Of a DNA stretch of 64,000 nucleotides, positions 46,903 through 56,578 are shown piece by piece (position 1 is the first letter of the stretch; the number at the start of each line of letters is the position of its first letter). A program made the translations under genes and the position numbers. The DNA lies in IMG/VR virus record IMGVR_UViG_3300045988_117662, positions 16,448 to 80,447 of that record. One strand, written 5' to 3'. The notes below the pieces were generated by a model that did not search any database, was not told where the DNA came from, and saw nothing but the letters and a program-made list of their open reading frames with translations. This stretch comes from a virus.

Positions 46903-47893
46903 AATATTTCTCTTTTACTTTGTTATTAATTATCAAATCTGCCACATCATCTCCGTCCCCTACATTCTCAACACTCTGAAGATAGTCCGATACTTTTATC
47001 CTTGACTTCATCATCATCCCATCTATCTTTTTACTCCATGTGTCAAATGCTTGTCCTTTGTCCGGAAAAGCTACAGTCTTTCTATCTTTTAAAACATCTA
47101 TCACTTCCGGTCTTAAGTTCTGCAACCCACCGGTAGCTACAAACAACTCATCTGGTTTATTCACGGCGCATATAATAGCCGTCTTTTCTGACTCCACCAA
47201 ATTAACTACCTTATCTGGATACTGGCTTAGAAGATGTTCTCCAAACAGGCATTGTCTAAACAAGAAGTCTCTTGCATGCAACGAGTGATAAAACATGACA
47301 TGAGGTCGCTCATTGTCACCGTCTTTTTCCTTCACTCTTTTTACATCAATCTCATTCCCCTGGCTGTCGGTCTTTATATAAAAATCCATAATCTTGCCGG
47401 TTCTGCATACAAAGTCCTTATCTATCTGCCAGAATATACAACACCCTTTCCATCCCCATAAGTCCATTGTTCCAACATGATACCTTCTAAATACGTCAGA
47501 TACCCTTTCTTTTCCCCATAGAGACGATAAAAATCTAAATACGGTGTTTCTATCGTCTGGAACTACAGTCCTCTCAAACTCGCTAAAAGGTATGTAATTT
47601 ACAACGTCAGGATTTACAGGAGGACGATAAGCTCTTATGCACTTATTTCCCGAAATCCAAAGATCTTTGTCACCTACATCCTTGCCGGTAGGTCGTTTAT
47701 CATAACCGCAAGTTCGTTCATGATCGCATCTTCCAAACTCATTGCCAACGACCTGACCGGTCGCCACATCAATATAAGGAGTAAAGCACCGGCTTTTCCC
47801 GCAAGCCGGGCAGGTTAGCTTCAGTCGGCTCCTGCCAGGCCTGCGGTCAAGTTGAAACCGAGGTACGTTTTCGTATTTTCTAAAATCAAGCAT
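46880..47893 (-). CDS. DnaG-like DNA primase (zinc-ribbon + TOPRIM)
   Basis: N-terminal CPACG...CDHERTCGY zinc-binding motif. A TOPRIM-like block VVNLVESEKTAI...GGLQN...FPDKGQ follows. It is adjacent to the DnaB-like helicase. Confidence 0.55.
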   Translation of the reverse strand: MLDFRKYENVPRFQLDRRPGRSRLKLTCPACGKSRCFTPYIDVATGQVVGNEFGRCDHERTCGYDKRPTGKDVGDKDLWISGNKCIRAYRPPVNPDVVNYIPFSEFERTVVPDDRNTVFRFLSSLWGKERVSDVFRRYHVGTMDLWGWKGCCIFWQIDKDFVCRTGKIMDFYIKTDSQGNEIDVKRVKEKDGDNERPHVMFYHSLHARDFLFRQCLFGEHLLSQYPDKVVNLVESEKTAIICAVNKPDELFVATGGLQNLRPEVIDVLKDRKTVAFPDKGQAFDTWSKKIDGMMMKSRIKVSDYLQSVENVGDGDDVADLIINNKVKEKYYEPGRLY

Positions 47894-47915
47894 CCTTAGC
47901 TCCTCTCATTGCTTT

Positions 47916-49244
47916 TTATATCATGAACCTTTTAGATATTTCCTCTGCAATATCATATACAACCGTATGATCCTCTTCATTGTATGGTTTATTGATATTC
48001 AACACTCCTTTTCTCACTTTGAATTTCTTATCTTTTCTAAGGTGATTCAACATACCTTGTTGGAACACACAGTCCGCCTTTTCAAGTGCTACACTGTCTT
48101 CTGTCCATTCTTTCAGCGTATATCCTTTACTGCTCGTGCTTTTTGGAGAAAAGTTCATAATACGTGCATCAATGCCATACCATGCTTTAACCATTCTTCT
48201 TTCAGCTTCCAATTGGAATGCATATGATTCCCATATTCCTCCCGATTTAAAGTCAAGAATGACCACTTCTTCTTTTTCCACTTCTCTTACTTCCTTCTTC
48301 GGATCACCTTTTTTGAACTGTCCGGTAGCCCTTTGATACACGGCTCCAAAATAACCTTCTTCTTTGTATTTGAATGTCATTTTAACCATCGCATCAATAG
48401 GTGTTGCTACAAGGTAATCCTCTAAAGAAAGGATTCTTTCTATCATCATCGGTTTCACCTTGTAATCAGAACAGAATTTGGCAAACTTCATGACCCTGAC
48501 AATCATATCGTCAAGATCATCTATGCTATTAAAGAACCGATCAAGATTTTTCTTAGATATCTTCAGCTTGCCTTCTTGCACTGTCTTAACCACAAAGCTT
48601 CGATTTAAGACCATATCTCTACCTGTTAGGTACAATCCGTATAAGTAGTGCATGATCGTTCCCTTATCGGCTTCATACTGCGCTACCTCTTCTGGATTGC
48701 GACCAAGCATCTTTATCTCTTGCTTCCATTCCTGAAGTGCTGTCTTATCATCTACATACCCATCTTTGATTAAAGTTGTTACCGAAGCATATATCTTAGC
48801 CGTCCCATCATCCATCTTTCTTACATAAAAACGATTATCGTCTAATGTCAATCTTACGAATTTGGGGGTCTCAATCTTCTTTAACTCATCACAGATATAA
48901 AACGGCTCTAATGTTTCCTGATTTTCTGTAAACGGATTCGAATCTTCTTCTCCAGGGTTAGGAGCGGCTTCCTCCGCCGGAGCTTCCGGTTCCTCCTTCT
49001 GGACCGGCTCTGGCTCAGGCGCCGGCTCTTTAACTACTGGAACCTGTCCGCCTCTTTCTGCTATGTCTCTGTTCTTTATTAAAGACATAACCTCCTTCTT
49101 CAACTGCTCTGGTGTTTGGTTAGGATCTGACACCGACATCACAACATCGTTCATTCTAAACAACGTATTTCCCTCTCCTTTCACCATAGGCACAAACCCT
49201 AAATCTATTAATATTTTAATCTTTTCTTCTATCATACCTATCAA
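47916..49244 (-). CDS. PD-(D/E)xK family nuclease (phage exonuclease-like) with Pro/Glu-rich N-terminal linker
   Basis: ILDFKSG matches the D-x-K-S-G motif, with acidic residues upstream. No Cys cluster is present. Confidence 0.4.
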   Translation of the reverse strand: MIGMIEEKIKILIDLGFVPMVKGEGNTLFRMNDVVMSVSDPNQTPEQLKKEVMSLIKNRDIAERGGQVPVVKEPAPEPEPVQKEEPEAPAEEAAPNPGEEDSNPFTENQETLEPFYICDELKKIETPKFVRLTLDDNRFYVRKMDDGTAKIYASVTTLIKDGYVDDKTALQEWKQEIKMLGRNPEEVAQYEADKGTIMHYLYGLYLTGRDMVLNRSFVVKTVQEGKLKISKKNLDRFFNSIDDLDDMIVRVMKFAKFCSDYKVKPMMIERILSLEDYLVATPIDAMVKMTFKYKEEGYFGAVYQRATGQFKKGDPKKEVREVEKEEVVILDFKSGGIWESYAFQLEAERRMVKAWYGIDARIMNFSPKSTSSKGYTLKEWTEDSVALEKADCVFQQGMLNHLRKDKKFKVRKGVLNINKPYNEEDHTVVYDIAEEISKRFMI

Positions 49245-49734
49245 TTATTTCAATAATCAACCTACCTCTTTCCTTGATCATTCCTCTGCTTTCCATATCC
49301 AGTACCTTCTTTACCGCATACTTCCACACAAAAGGAAATTCTGTTTCAAGTTTATCAAATTCCATCCGGTCAAGATACATGTCGAATACCGTATGCTCCG
49401 ATTCATGTAGGAAAACTATATTATCCCTGCAAGTAGCAACCGACTTATATATCCTTTTCGGAAGTATGTGACAGACGTTACATACTGTAGGAAAATGAAT
49501 AGCCTTACCGGTCATAGACATCCGACTATTATTTAACTCTTCCAGCATAAGACGAAAAAACCCGGATAAATCCGGGCTCTCTAACTTTTTCTTCTTGCTG
49601 CTGTTTTTAATGGATGTAATTCTGTTTTTTTTCTTCGGAGTCAACTCTTTACTCCTGCAAGCCTGGCATAAGCCATGACTTCTTATCATCACTTTTCGTC
49701 CGCATCTTTCGCAGACGTACAATTTCTTTTCCAC
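49216..49734 (-). CDS. zinc-ribbon protein (172 aa)
   Basis: CERCG...CQAC at the N-terminus. Confidence 0.5.
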   Translation of the reverse strand: MEKKLYVCERCGRKVMIRSHGLCQACRSKELTPKKKNRITSIKNSSKKKKLESPDLSGFFRLMLEELNNSRMSMTGKAIHFPTVCNVCHILPKRIYKSVATCRDNIVFLHESEHTVFDMYLDRMEFDKLETEFPFVWKYAVKKVLDMESRGMIKERGRLIIEIIDRYDRRKD

Positions 49735-49919
49735 TCTCTATATTTCAATACAAGTGATATAATTGAAAAGGATACTGCCGTTAAAGATAACGTATATGGT
49801 AAGTTCATTAACCATCTCGGTACTTCTTCGGTCTTAATCACTATCAACAAAGTAGCACCTGCTACTACCAATAATACAATTGCCGTCGCAAGTGCTACAC
49901 GGGAAACAACATCACTCAT
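49689..49919 (-). CDS. small two-TM membrane protein (76 aa)
   Basis: Two hydrophobic helices. It overlaps the start of the upstream gene by 46 nt in another frame. Confidence 0.35.
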   Translation of the reverse strand: MSDVVSRVALATAIVLLVVAGATLLIVIKTEEVPRWLMNLPYTLSLTAVSFSIISLVLKYREWKRNCTSAKDADEK

Positions 49920-50382
49920 CAGTTTTCTTTTCTCCCAATTTTTCTACACCTTTTTGCAGATCGTATTTAAACACTTCAATGATCTTTGTTTCAGCAATAG
50001 ACTCGCAATTCCAGTCTCCCAACGTACCCTGCATACCTTTAGTCAACACAGCTTCGGCGTCTTTAGGATTGCCGGCTTGGACATACATATAGCATGGCGT
50101 TTTCTTTTCTTTACCTTTCTTTTCATCCAGTGTAATGTAATTCACCTTGCACTTATACCAGTACTCAGCTTCTCCGTTGAAAAAGATTTCTGACACTTTA
50201 ATAGGGTTAATTTTTACAACCTCGAAAGAATTGTACAAATCCTTAAAGATCTCCAACGATCTTGATTCTGCCTCTGTATAAGACAAGGCATCCACCAAAT
50301 ACTTTTCAGTTACTTTCTTTTTTTTGCCGTTCTCGATATTATCAATCTCGGCTTTTATCGTAATTTCAAACCAGCGATTCAT
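49912..50382 (-). CDS. hypothetical protein (156 aa)
   Basis: ORF. Confidence 0.55.
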   Translation of the reverse strand: MNRWFEITIKAEIDNIENGKKKKVTEKYLVDALSYTEAESRSLEIFKDLYNSFEVVKINPIKVSEIFFNGEAEYWYKCKVNYITLDEKKGKEKKTPCYMYVQAGNPKDAEAVLTKGMQGTLGDWNCESIAETKIIEVFKYDLQKGVEKLGEKKTDE

Positions 50383-50393
50383 TGTATTAATAT

Positions 50394-50702
50394 TTAATTA
50401 GTTGATTTCTTTCCTTTCTCTATACTATTTTTAAATCTTTCAGAACACCACTGCAAAACGTCCATCATCATCATCTCATTATTAGATAAGATACCTTTTA
50501 TAACTAACGCCAATTGATGCTGTGACATTCTTTGGCTCATATCAAATCTTCTTTCCTCTTCATTTACTATCGTAGCCACGAAATACTTACACCCCTCTAA
50601 GTGCGTCAGGGCTTCAATCATAGCTTCTTTTATCTCTTTTTCTTCCATTATGTTTGTTTTTTTTGGGCAAAGATATGTCTTTTGATAATAAAAAAGATTC
50701 AA
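50394..50702 (-). CDS. hypothetical protein (102 aa)
   Basis: ORF. Confidence 0.5.
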   Translation of the reverse strand: MNLFYYQKTYLCPKKTNIMEEKEIKEAMIEALTHLEGCKYFVATIVNEEERRFDMSQRMSQHQLALVIKGILSNNEMMMMDVLQWCSERFKNSIEKGKKSTN

Positions 50703-50722
50703 AATGATTTAATTTAGCTTAA

Positions 50723-51391
50723 TTACTGCTCTTTTGATTCGTCCGGTATAGGCATGTCAAACTTTTTTCTGATAAACGACTCTGTTTCTTCATTGAATGG
50801 ATAGGCTTCCTTAATAAAATTCATAGCTACCTCCATATCACCGTCTGCTATATCTTTATACCTTTCAAAGATACCAACCAGGTCATTGTTATATGAACGC
50901 TCTTGTTTTATGTTGTACACGTATTTCAACACCCTGTCTTTAATTTCATTGGCTTTTTTCACGGTGTCATTGAAGGTATTTATACTTGTCAATTCAGGGT
51001 TTTTATTTTTCTCATCTATCTTATCAAACTCTTCCTTGCTATATCCTGTTTCTCCTTTAACAGCCGGGCAAACACCCTCCTTCATGATCCAAAACTGTTC
51101 ATACGATCCTGCCAGATATCTCGATTCTGTTTTAAATGCATTATACTTGACAAGCAAATTAGCCACCTCAGTTGCACCTTCTATGGTTCTAAAACCGATG
51201 CCGATATCTTTTAACATAAATACCGGAACTCCAGTTCTTGGATACACGACTTCTTTTTTGTTCTTTATATTCCAGTTTTTAGCTTCAATTGGAATACCTT
51301 TACCAGCAAGCTCTTTGTCTATATACAGATATATCTCTTTGCATGTCAATGACACAATCTCATCTCTGCTTAAATCAAAAACTGTTTTCAT
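50723..51391 (-). CDS. hypothetical protein (222 aa)
   Basis: ORF. Confidence 0.55.
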   Translation of the reverse strand: MKTVFDLSRDEIVSLTCKEIYLYIDKELAGKGIPIEAKNWNIKNKKEVVYPRTGVPVFMLKDIGIGFRTIEGATEVANLLVKYNAFKTESRYLAGSYEQFWIMKEGVCPAVKGETGYSKEEFDKIDEKNKNPELTSINTFNDTVKKANEIKDRVLKYVYNIKQERSYNNDLVGIFERYKDIADGDMEVAMNFIKEAYPFNEETESFIRKKFDMPIPDESKEQ

Positions 51392-51591
51392 TTCTTTTTA
51401 TTTATTAAATTAAACAATCTACCTCTTTGTTCGGGCTCCGTATATTCAACCCATATATCGGCTGCCACATTTCTAAGAAATTCCATAAAGTCTTGATGAT
51501 CCCTGTATTCAGCAGAATCAACTTTTCTCACAAAACTTAGAATTTCCTTTAACATCTTATTGTTTTCTTCAAGAAGTTCTCTGTCGGTCAT
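51388..51591 (-). CDS. hypothetical protein (67 aa)
   Basis: ORF. Confidence 0.45.
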   Translation of the reverse strand: MTDRELLEENNKMLKEILSFVRKVDSAEYRDHQDFMEFLRNVAADIWVEYTEPEQRGRLFNLINKKK

Positions 51592-51711
51592 AACCTTTCA
51601 TATTTTCTTCTTAAGTCTTTACCTGCCCAGATATCATGATCTTTTTCTTGTTCTTGATAAATCTTTGCTGCTTTTTCAATATCTTCTCTTTTCATAATTT
51701 TATACTTTAAT

Positions 51712-52047
51712 CTAACCTCCAATAAAATCATCGGGAGTTATATATCCTACTGATTCCATACGGTCTATAATCTCATTCGCATTCATTTCTGAACCGTTCC
51801 ATTCAAGTATGATTTCATTTCCTGAAGCCATGCTCAAATTAGGCTCATTATCTCTAAATCCTGAGAAAGCAAGATGTCCCCAAATGGATTGCAGTGCAAG
51901 GTCCGCTTCGTTTTGTTTGTTTTCTGCTTTCTTTATGGCATTTCTTAATTTTTTATTCATTATCACCCCCTTTCTTCTTCGCATGGGAGCAAGTCCTCGA
52001 TGTATGCCCAGCGCATATAATGATCCTTTTCTGAAAGTTCTTCCCAT
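51712..52047 (-). CDS. hypothetical protein (likely start at internal Met, about 51960)
   Basis: ORF. The internal start MNKKLRNAIKK avoids overlap with the upstream gene. Confidence 0.45.
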   Translation of the reverse strand: MGRTFRKGSLYALGIHRGLAPMRRRKGVIMNKKLRNAIKKAENKQNEADLALQSIWGHLAFSGFRDNEPNLSMASGNEIILEWNGSEMNANEIIDRMESVGYITPDDFIGG

Positions 52048-52214
52048 GGCTTGCTCTTGGTTAAATAGACCAAATCATAAGCACCGTCAATATCCTCCAC
52101 AATGAGCAGCTTCCCTTTGTCTGGCTTTTCTCTTGCATCGTGCCACACGCTGTTAATGCGCCATTTTGCACCAGCTTTAAAAAGAGGAACAGCATATTCT
52201 ATATCTTGTTTCAT
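51963..52214 (-). CDS. hypothetical protein (83 aa)
   Basis: ORF. Confidence 0.5.
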   Translation of the reverse strand: MKQDIEYAVPLFKAGAKWRINSVWHDAREKPDKGKLLIVEDIDGAYDLVYLTKSKPWEELSEKDHYMRWAYIEDLLPCEEERG

Positions 52215-52258
52215 GTCTTATTATTGTTTAATTAATTTAAATATTTTTAGTTTTGAAA

Positions 52259-52504
52259 TTATTTAATATGCTTATCGGCTGGATTGATTATCAATCCATC
52301 GTCACATGAAGGGAATGATATGTTAGATTCTCCATTATCAAGATTAGTCAGTTTAACCGTTCCAGCATATTCATCATCCACAAAAAACAATTGACCCGAA
52401 GAAACCACAAACCTGCATTGATATGCATTCATCATTGCTCCAAGTTGTCTAATCTTAGTTTTAATCTCTAAAAGTTGAGCGTTGTTGATTATGTTCTTAT
52501 TCAT
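52259..52504 (-). CDS. hypothetical protein (81 aa)
   Basis: ORF. Confidence 0.45.
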   Translation of the reverse strand: MNKNIINNAQLLEIKTKIRQLGAMMNAYQCRFVVSSGQLFFVDDEYAGTVKLTNLDNGESNISFPSCDDGLIINPADKHIK

Positions 52505-52657
52505 ATTTTATTAAAGTTTATCTATTATTTTGTCACCCATTTCCTGCCATTCATCACTCACGCTTATAACCAATCCTATGACAGTGAATGATAATAACAA
52601 CGTAAAAATAAGCCATAACAGAAAGCAGATAAAAACACATACATACCTCATGATTTT

Positions 52658-53404
52658 TCAGTTGTTAGATAAAAGCAAAATCGGTTCATTTGACTCCGCA
52701 ATTGCTTTTATTTGTTCTGGATTGACAAAACTCTTAACTTGTTCGCTTATATTACAAATGGACTTGATCATATCAACGAATAATTTCGAGGTACATTCGT
52801 TACACTCCACTTCCATTACCTGTTTATGTCTATTGTATGATATGCTCGTTACACAATTCAGCCAGTGCGCATAAGTTCCTTTTTCTGTATTTAACCTGCT
52901 GTATTCTACTTTTGTCTCTCCATTTCCATATTCAATTACTCTTTTTAGAAATGGTTTTGCATAAACACTAAAACCGAAAGGTTGGGTGTTTAAGGCATCT
53001 AAACGGGAAGTTCCATCCCTCCATTTTCCATTTTCATCGCCTCCTGTCCATTCCTTAGAGGGGTTAGGGACAATATTTCCGTTTTTGTCATAGGAAAACA
53101 TGCAATTCGTTTCCAGTTGATACTTAATAACAGGCACTTCTTCTACTATTTTATAACTCAAACATCTCTTCAGAACTTCCCTGATTTGACTTTCCAAATC
53201 AGAAAGTGCTATACTATTGAAATATCCTTCGTTGCCTAATCTGTTTGTAGGTAATTTGATCCCATAAGAATGAATCTTGTCCACATCTTCTTTTGACAAG
53301 GTAGTGGTAAACACTCCTTCTTTGGTGACATTCACTTTAACAGTTACAGACAAACTATTGTTAGCATTATTTTCCGTTATATTTAGTGTTGTTAATGCTG
53401 CCAT
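52658..53404 (-). CDS. hypothetical protein (248 aa)
   Basis: ORF. Confidence 0.55.
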   Translation of the reverse strand: MAALTTLNITENNANNSLSVTVKVNVTKEGVFTTTLSKEDVDKIHSYGIKLPTNRLGNEGYFNSIALSDLESQIREVLKRCLSYKIVEEVPVIKYQLETNCMFSYDKNGNIVPNPSKEWTGGDENGKWRDGTSRLDALNTQPFGFSVYAKPFLKRVIEYGNGETKVEYSRLNTEKGTYAHWLNCVTSISYNRHKQVMEVECNECTSKLFVDMIKSICNISEQVKSFVNPEQIKAIAESNEPILLLSNN

Positions 53405-53422
53405 AATCAGATCTTTTTAAAA

Positions 53423-53674
53423 TCAATTTGAATAAATATAATGCATTCCTGCTTCATATACCTTATGTACATCAGGGTCATTCTTGTCTTCCGGTTCCAA
53501 TTCACTCTCTTCACGAGTATAATCCCATTCAGAGTTGTAGTACATATTCTCATTTGTTTTCTCCAAGGAGCAATCTTTCATCAAATTCAGATATTCTCCC
53601 CAAACTGCAACTTCTTGCTGTTGCTCTTCTTCTGTCATAAGAGATATTTTGTCTTTCAATTCTTTCCAGGTCAT
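53423..53674 (-). CDS. hypothetical acidic protein (83 aa)
   Basis: ORF. Confidence 0.45.
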   Translation of the reverse strand: MTWKELKDKISLMTEEEQQQEVAVWGEYLNLMKDCSLEKTNENMYYNSEWDYTREESELEPEDKNDPDVHKVYEAGMHYIYSN

Positions 53675-53703
53675 AGCTTGATTTATAAAAGGTGATTACT
53701 AAT

Positions 53704-54087
53704 TCATTCCACATCAAAAAGTTGATCCAATACCAATAATTCCGCATTCATATCTTCATCTTTTGGGAAACGAACTTTTATGTTCCCAAACTTAGATGTT
53801 TTGAATAAAATGTAGGGATTCATATCCTCGGCAGTTACCGGTTTATATTCCTTGATTTCCGACATCTTGAGATACCAGTCGCCTATTTTCACAAATCCGG
53901 AGAAGACAGAACACAAATGCGCTTTCACGGACAGTATTTCCCTTTTATCTTTAAAGGGTATAATTTCCTCCTTCCCTCTTATCCTGATTGATAGGAAAGG
54001 ACGAATGTTGTCTGTTTCATTTTGGAATCTGAAGCCTGTTATGGCTTGCTTTGGGATTCTTCTCCCCATTAATACAAAATAGTTCAT
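53704..54087 (-). CDS. hypothetical protein (127 aa)
   Basis: ORF. Confidence 0.5.
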   Translation of the reverse strand: MNYFVLMGRRIPKQAITGFRFQNETDNIRPFLSIRIRGKEEIIPFKDKREILSVKAHLCSVFSGFVKIGDWYLKMSEIKEYKPVTAEDMNPYILFKTSKFGNIKVRFPKDEDMNAELLVLDQLFDVE

Positions 54088-54099
54088 TGTTGAAAATAT

Positions 54100-54897
54100 T
54101 TAATTGGACATAAATATACAAGTTTTATTAAGATATCCTTCTGTCATCTCTATGAAATTCACACAATCTAATTTGCTTAACTTGTAAATCAATGCCGGAT
54201 TGTGTACTATGGCTATAATTTGTGTTTGTGGTTTATGAAATGACAATACATTGTAAATCTGCATTATGTTGTCAATATCAAGATTCCTGTCTGGCTCATC
54301 CATGAGAACCGTGTATTCAAAACTGCTTTTTGTTAATGCTATGCGGTTTCTTTTATAATACTTCAACAGGTTATCAATTCTTTTAATCCAAAACGCATTT
54401 GATTTTTTCTTGTATTCTACAAGATCTTGTATTGGAAACGTATAATCCTTCTGACTAAACATTAAATTGAAAAGCGATTCCAATGATAACACCACTTTCT
54501 CTCCATAAGATTTTTGAATACTATTTGCATACAAATCGAAATTGTTGATGTTTTTCAATACATTGTTTCTATCTGTCTCTATTAACGGTAATAAACGGAA
54601 TACTTTCCCTGCATAATCGGATGATATGTCAATCCCATCAAGAACCTTGTCATCATCATCAAATATAGGTGGAAAATCCAGTGCCTCGATCGGTATTTCA
54701 GAGCACATGGATTTCTCACATAACGCATACATTGATATGATGTTAAGCAAAGTTGATTTTCCACTACCGTTTTTACCTACAATCACATTCACTCCTGGCT
54801 TGAAAATAAATTCTCTGCCATTTTCAAACGCTTCTATGTCAGAAACATATTCAAATGGAGTTTTCGTATTGTCTTTTATTTTTACTGATGTTATCAT
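54100..54897 (-). CDS. compact ABC-type (SMC/RecF/OLD-like, AAA_21-class) ATPase
   Basis: Walker A VIVGKNGSGKST, signature-like SYGEKV, Walker B/D-loop VLMDEPDRNLD and H-loop IAIVHN. At only 265 aa it has no fused effector domain. Confidence 0.65.
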   Translation of the reverse strand: MITSVKIKDNTKTPFEYVSDIEAFENGREFIFKPGVNVIVGKNGSGKSTLLNIISMYALCEKSMCSEIPIEALDFPPIFDDDDKVLDGIDISSDYAGKVFRLLPLIETDRNNVLKNINNFDLYANSIQKSYGEKVVLSLESLFNLMFSQKDYTFPIQDLVEYKKKSNAFWIKRIDNLLKYYKRNRIALTKSSFEYTVLMDEPDRNLDIDNIMQIYNVLSFHKPQTQIIAIVHNPALIYKLSKLDCVNFIEMTEGYLNKTCIFMSN

Positions 54898-54908
54898 TGT
54901 AATCCTTT

Positions 54909-55745
54909 TTAAAAATCAATTACCGTCCGAACCATGTCTCCGATGTGCTTGTTGCCGGTGCCCGTGAGGCCACTGGAGAAGACCACGTACCACGCGACGG
55001 CCTGGCTGCTCTCAGTACTGGACCAATACCACGTCGAGGAGAGGGGAGATGCCGAAACATAAGTGAATGCTTTGTTTAGTTCGTCCATATAATGGGCCAT
55101 TAAATTTAATTGACCAAGAGATGGTATATACTCGCCATCTTCCAGCAGATTTCTCAATTTTGGATTTCTGGCTACAAGGCGTTCCGTATTGCCGCGTCCG
55201 TCAATGTCAAACAGCGCATCACATTCACGTTCATAATATGTCCCACTTCCGGATTCTTCACGGCTATCATCGTCAAGCAATTGTACGATATCATGCTCCG
55301 TCAGTGAGATTGCAAATGACATGTATCTGTGCTTCAACCCGATGTATCGTACACAATCTTTGGAGTTATCGCCGGTAAACGGCTCTACGTGTCCGTTCCC
55401 GTAGATTAGATACAAACCATCTTTTCTTGATGGCACTCTATTTTCGCATACGCATCTTTCATTTTTGGGTCTTACGATTATGTTCAACTCATTCAGCACA
55501 TGAGCTTTCACGACTTCCTTGCTTATTCTTTCTACAAAACCATAATCCCTTTGTTTAAGCTCATCGTTTACCATACATCTGATCCAATGTTCTATCTGAT
55601 TGTTTCCTCCGTACGTATTATGCATACACCTTTTTACAAGTTTTTCCAATAATGATTCTATGTTTTTGATTATATCTTCTTTGGTAAGGTGAAGTTCATT
55701 TAGTATGCAGTTTCTTACTGCCTTGTATTCTTTACTTGCGCTCAT
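54909..55745 (-). CDS. hypothetical protein (278 aa), upstream partner of the ABC ATPase
   Basis: ORF separated from the ATPase gene by an 11 nt gap, consistent with an operon. No motif was recognised. Confidence 0.55.
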   Translation of the reverse strand: MSASKEYKAVRNCILNELHLTKEDIIKNIESLLEKLVKRCMHNTYGGNNQIEHWIRCMVNDELKQRDYGFVERISKEVVKAHVLNELNIIVRPKNERCVCENRVPSRKDGLYLIYGNGHVEPFTGDNSKDCVRYIGLKHRYMSFAISLTEHDIVQLLDDDSREESGSGTYYERECDALFDIDGRGNTERLVARNPKLRNLLEDGEYIPSLGQLNLMAHYMDELNKAFTYVSASPLSSTWYWSSTESSQAVAWYVVFSSGLTGTGNKHIGDMVRTVIDF

Positions 55746-55897
55746 AATATATCTACTTAATACTTTGAATTATATTTTTCCTCTCCCACTATCTTCCTCT
55801 ATAGAATTATTCCATCCGTATTTTACAGCCGTAGCTTTAAATAGAGGAAGTCTATAAAATCTATAATCATTCTCAAGATAAGCATGTACTGTTGATT

Positions 55898-56560
55898 TCA
55901 TTTCAGTTCTTTAATTAAAGCATCTGCGTATATTACAGCTAATTCAGCCGCCTTATCACACGCTTCCAATATTAATTCACCATGAGGTCCATGTCCTGAT
56001 ACGGCTGTGATCGGAAGCATGGTTTTTGCCATCTCGTATCTACGTTGTTCCCAATCTACATGGGTGTTACACGGTTCTTGATTGACCTGTATATATCTTC
56101 CTTCAATATTAGAAGATCTTGATGTTTCCGCATTCTCTTCGCCGAATGCAACCAGAATAGACCCACATCCTGGACTTTCACCTATTGTTCCATCTTCTCT
56201 GTGGAATTTTATCCTTCCTTTCATGAACAATATACCTTTTGCTTTCGGGAATACAACATTCTGAAACATCTTATTGTCAAGACGATTAAAAAGAAGAGCT
56301 ATTCCATTATTGTGCTCTACCATACGAGTAATAAAATGCTCTATAGTCGGTCTTGAATAAGGTGGGTTTAACCATACCCTTCCTTCCCATTTTTGTTTTA
56401 ATCCATCTTGCTCTTTGTTATACATAACCCTGGCTGTCCTCCATAACGGACGCATAGGCGCACATGGATCTAAATCAAATTCCCCTAAAGCGTCTATAAT
56501 TTCTTTAGGTGTGTACCATTCATCTGTACTGTTTTTAGATTTCTCAAATGATGTATTCAT
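55898..56560 (-). CDS. Dam-family (phage T1-type) DNA N6-adenine methyltransferase
   Basis: N-terminal DEWYTPKEIIDALGEFDLDPCA, and the catalytic NPPY motif in VWLNPPYS. Confidence 0.7.
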   Translation of the reverse strand: MNTSFEKSKNSTDEWYTPKEIIDALGEFDLDPCAPMRPLWRTARVMYNKEQDGLKQKWEGRVWLNPPYSRPTIEHFITRMVEHNNGIALLFNRLDNKMFQNVVFPKAKGILFMKGRIKFHREDGTIGESPGCGSILVAFGEENAETSRSSNIEGRYIQVNQEPCNTHVDWEQRRYEMAKTMLPITAVSGHGPHGELILEACDKAAELAVIYADALIKELK

Positions 56561-56578
56561 ATGTCTATGTTTTATAAG

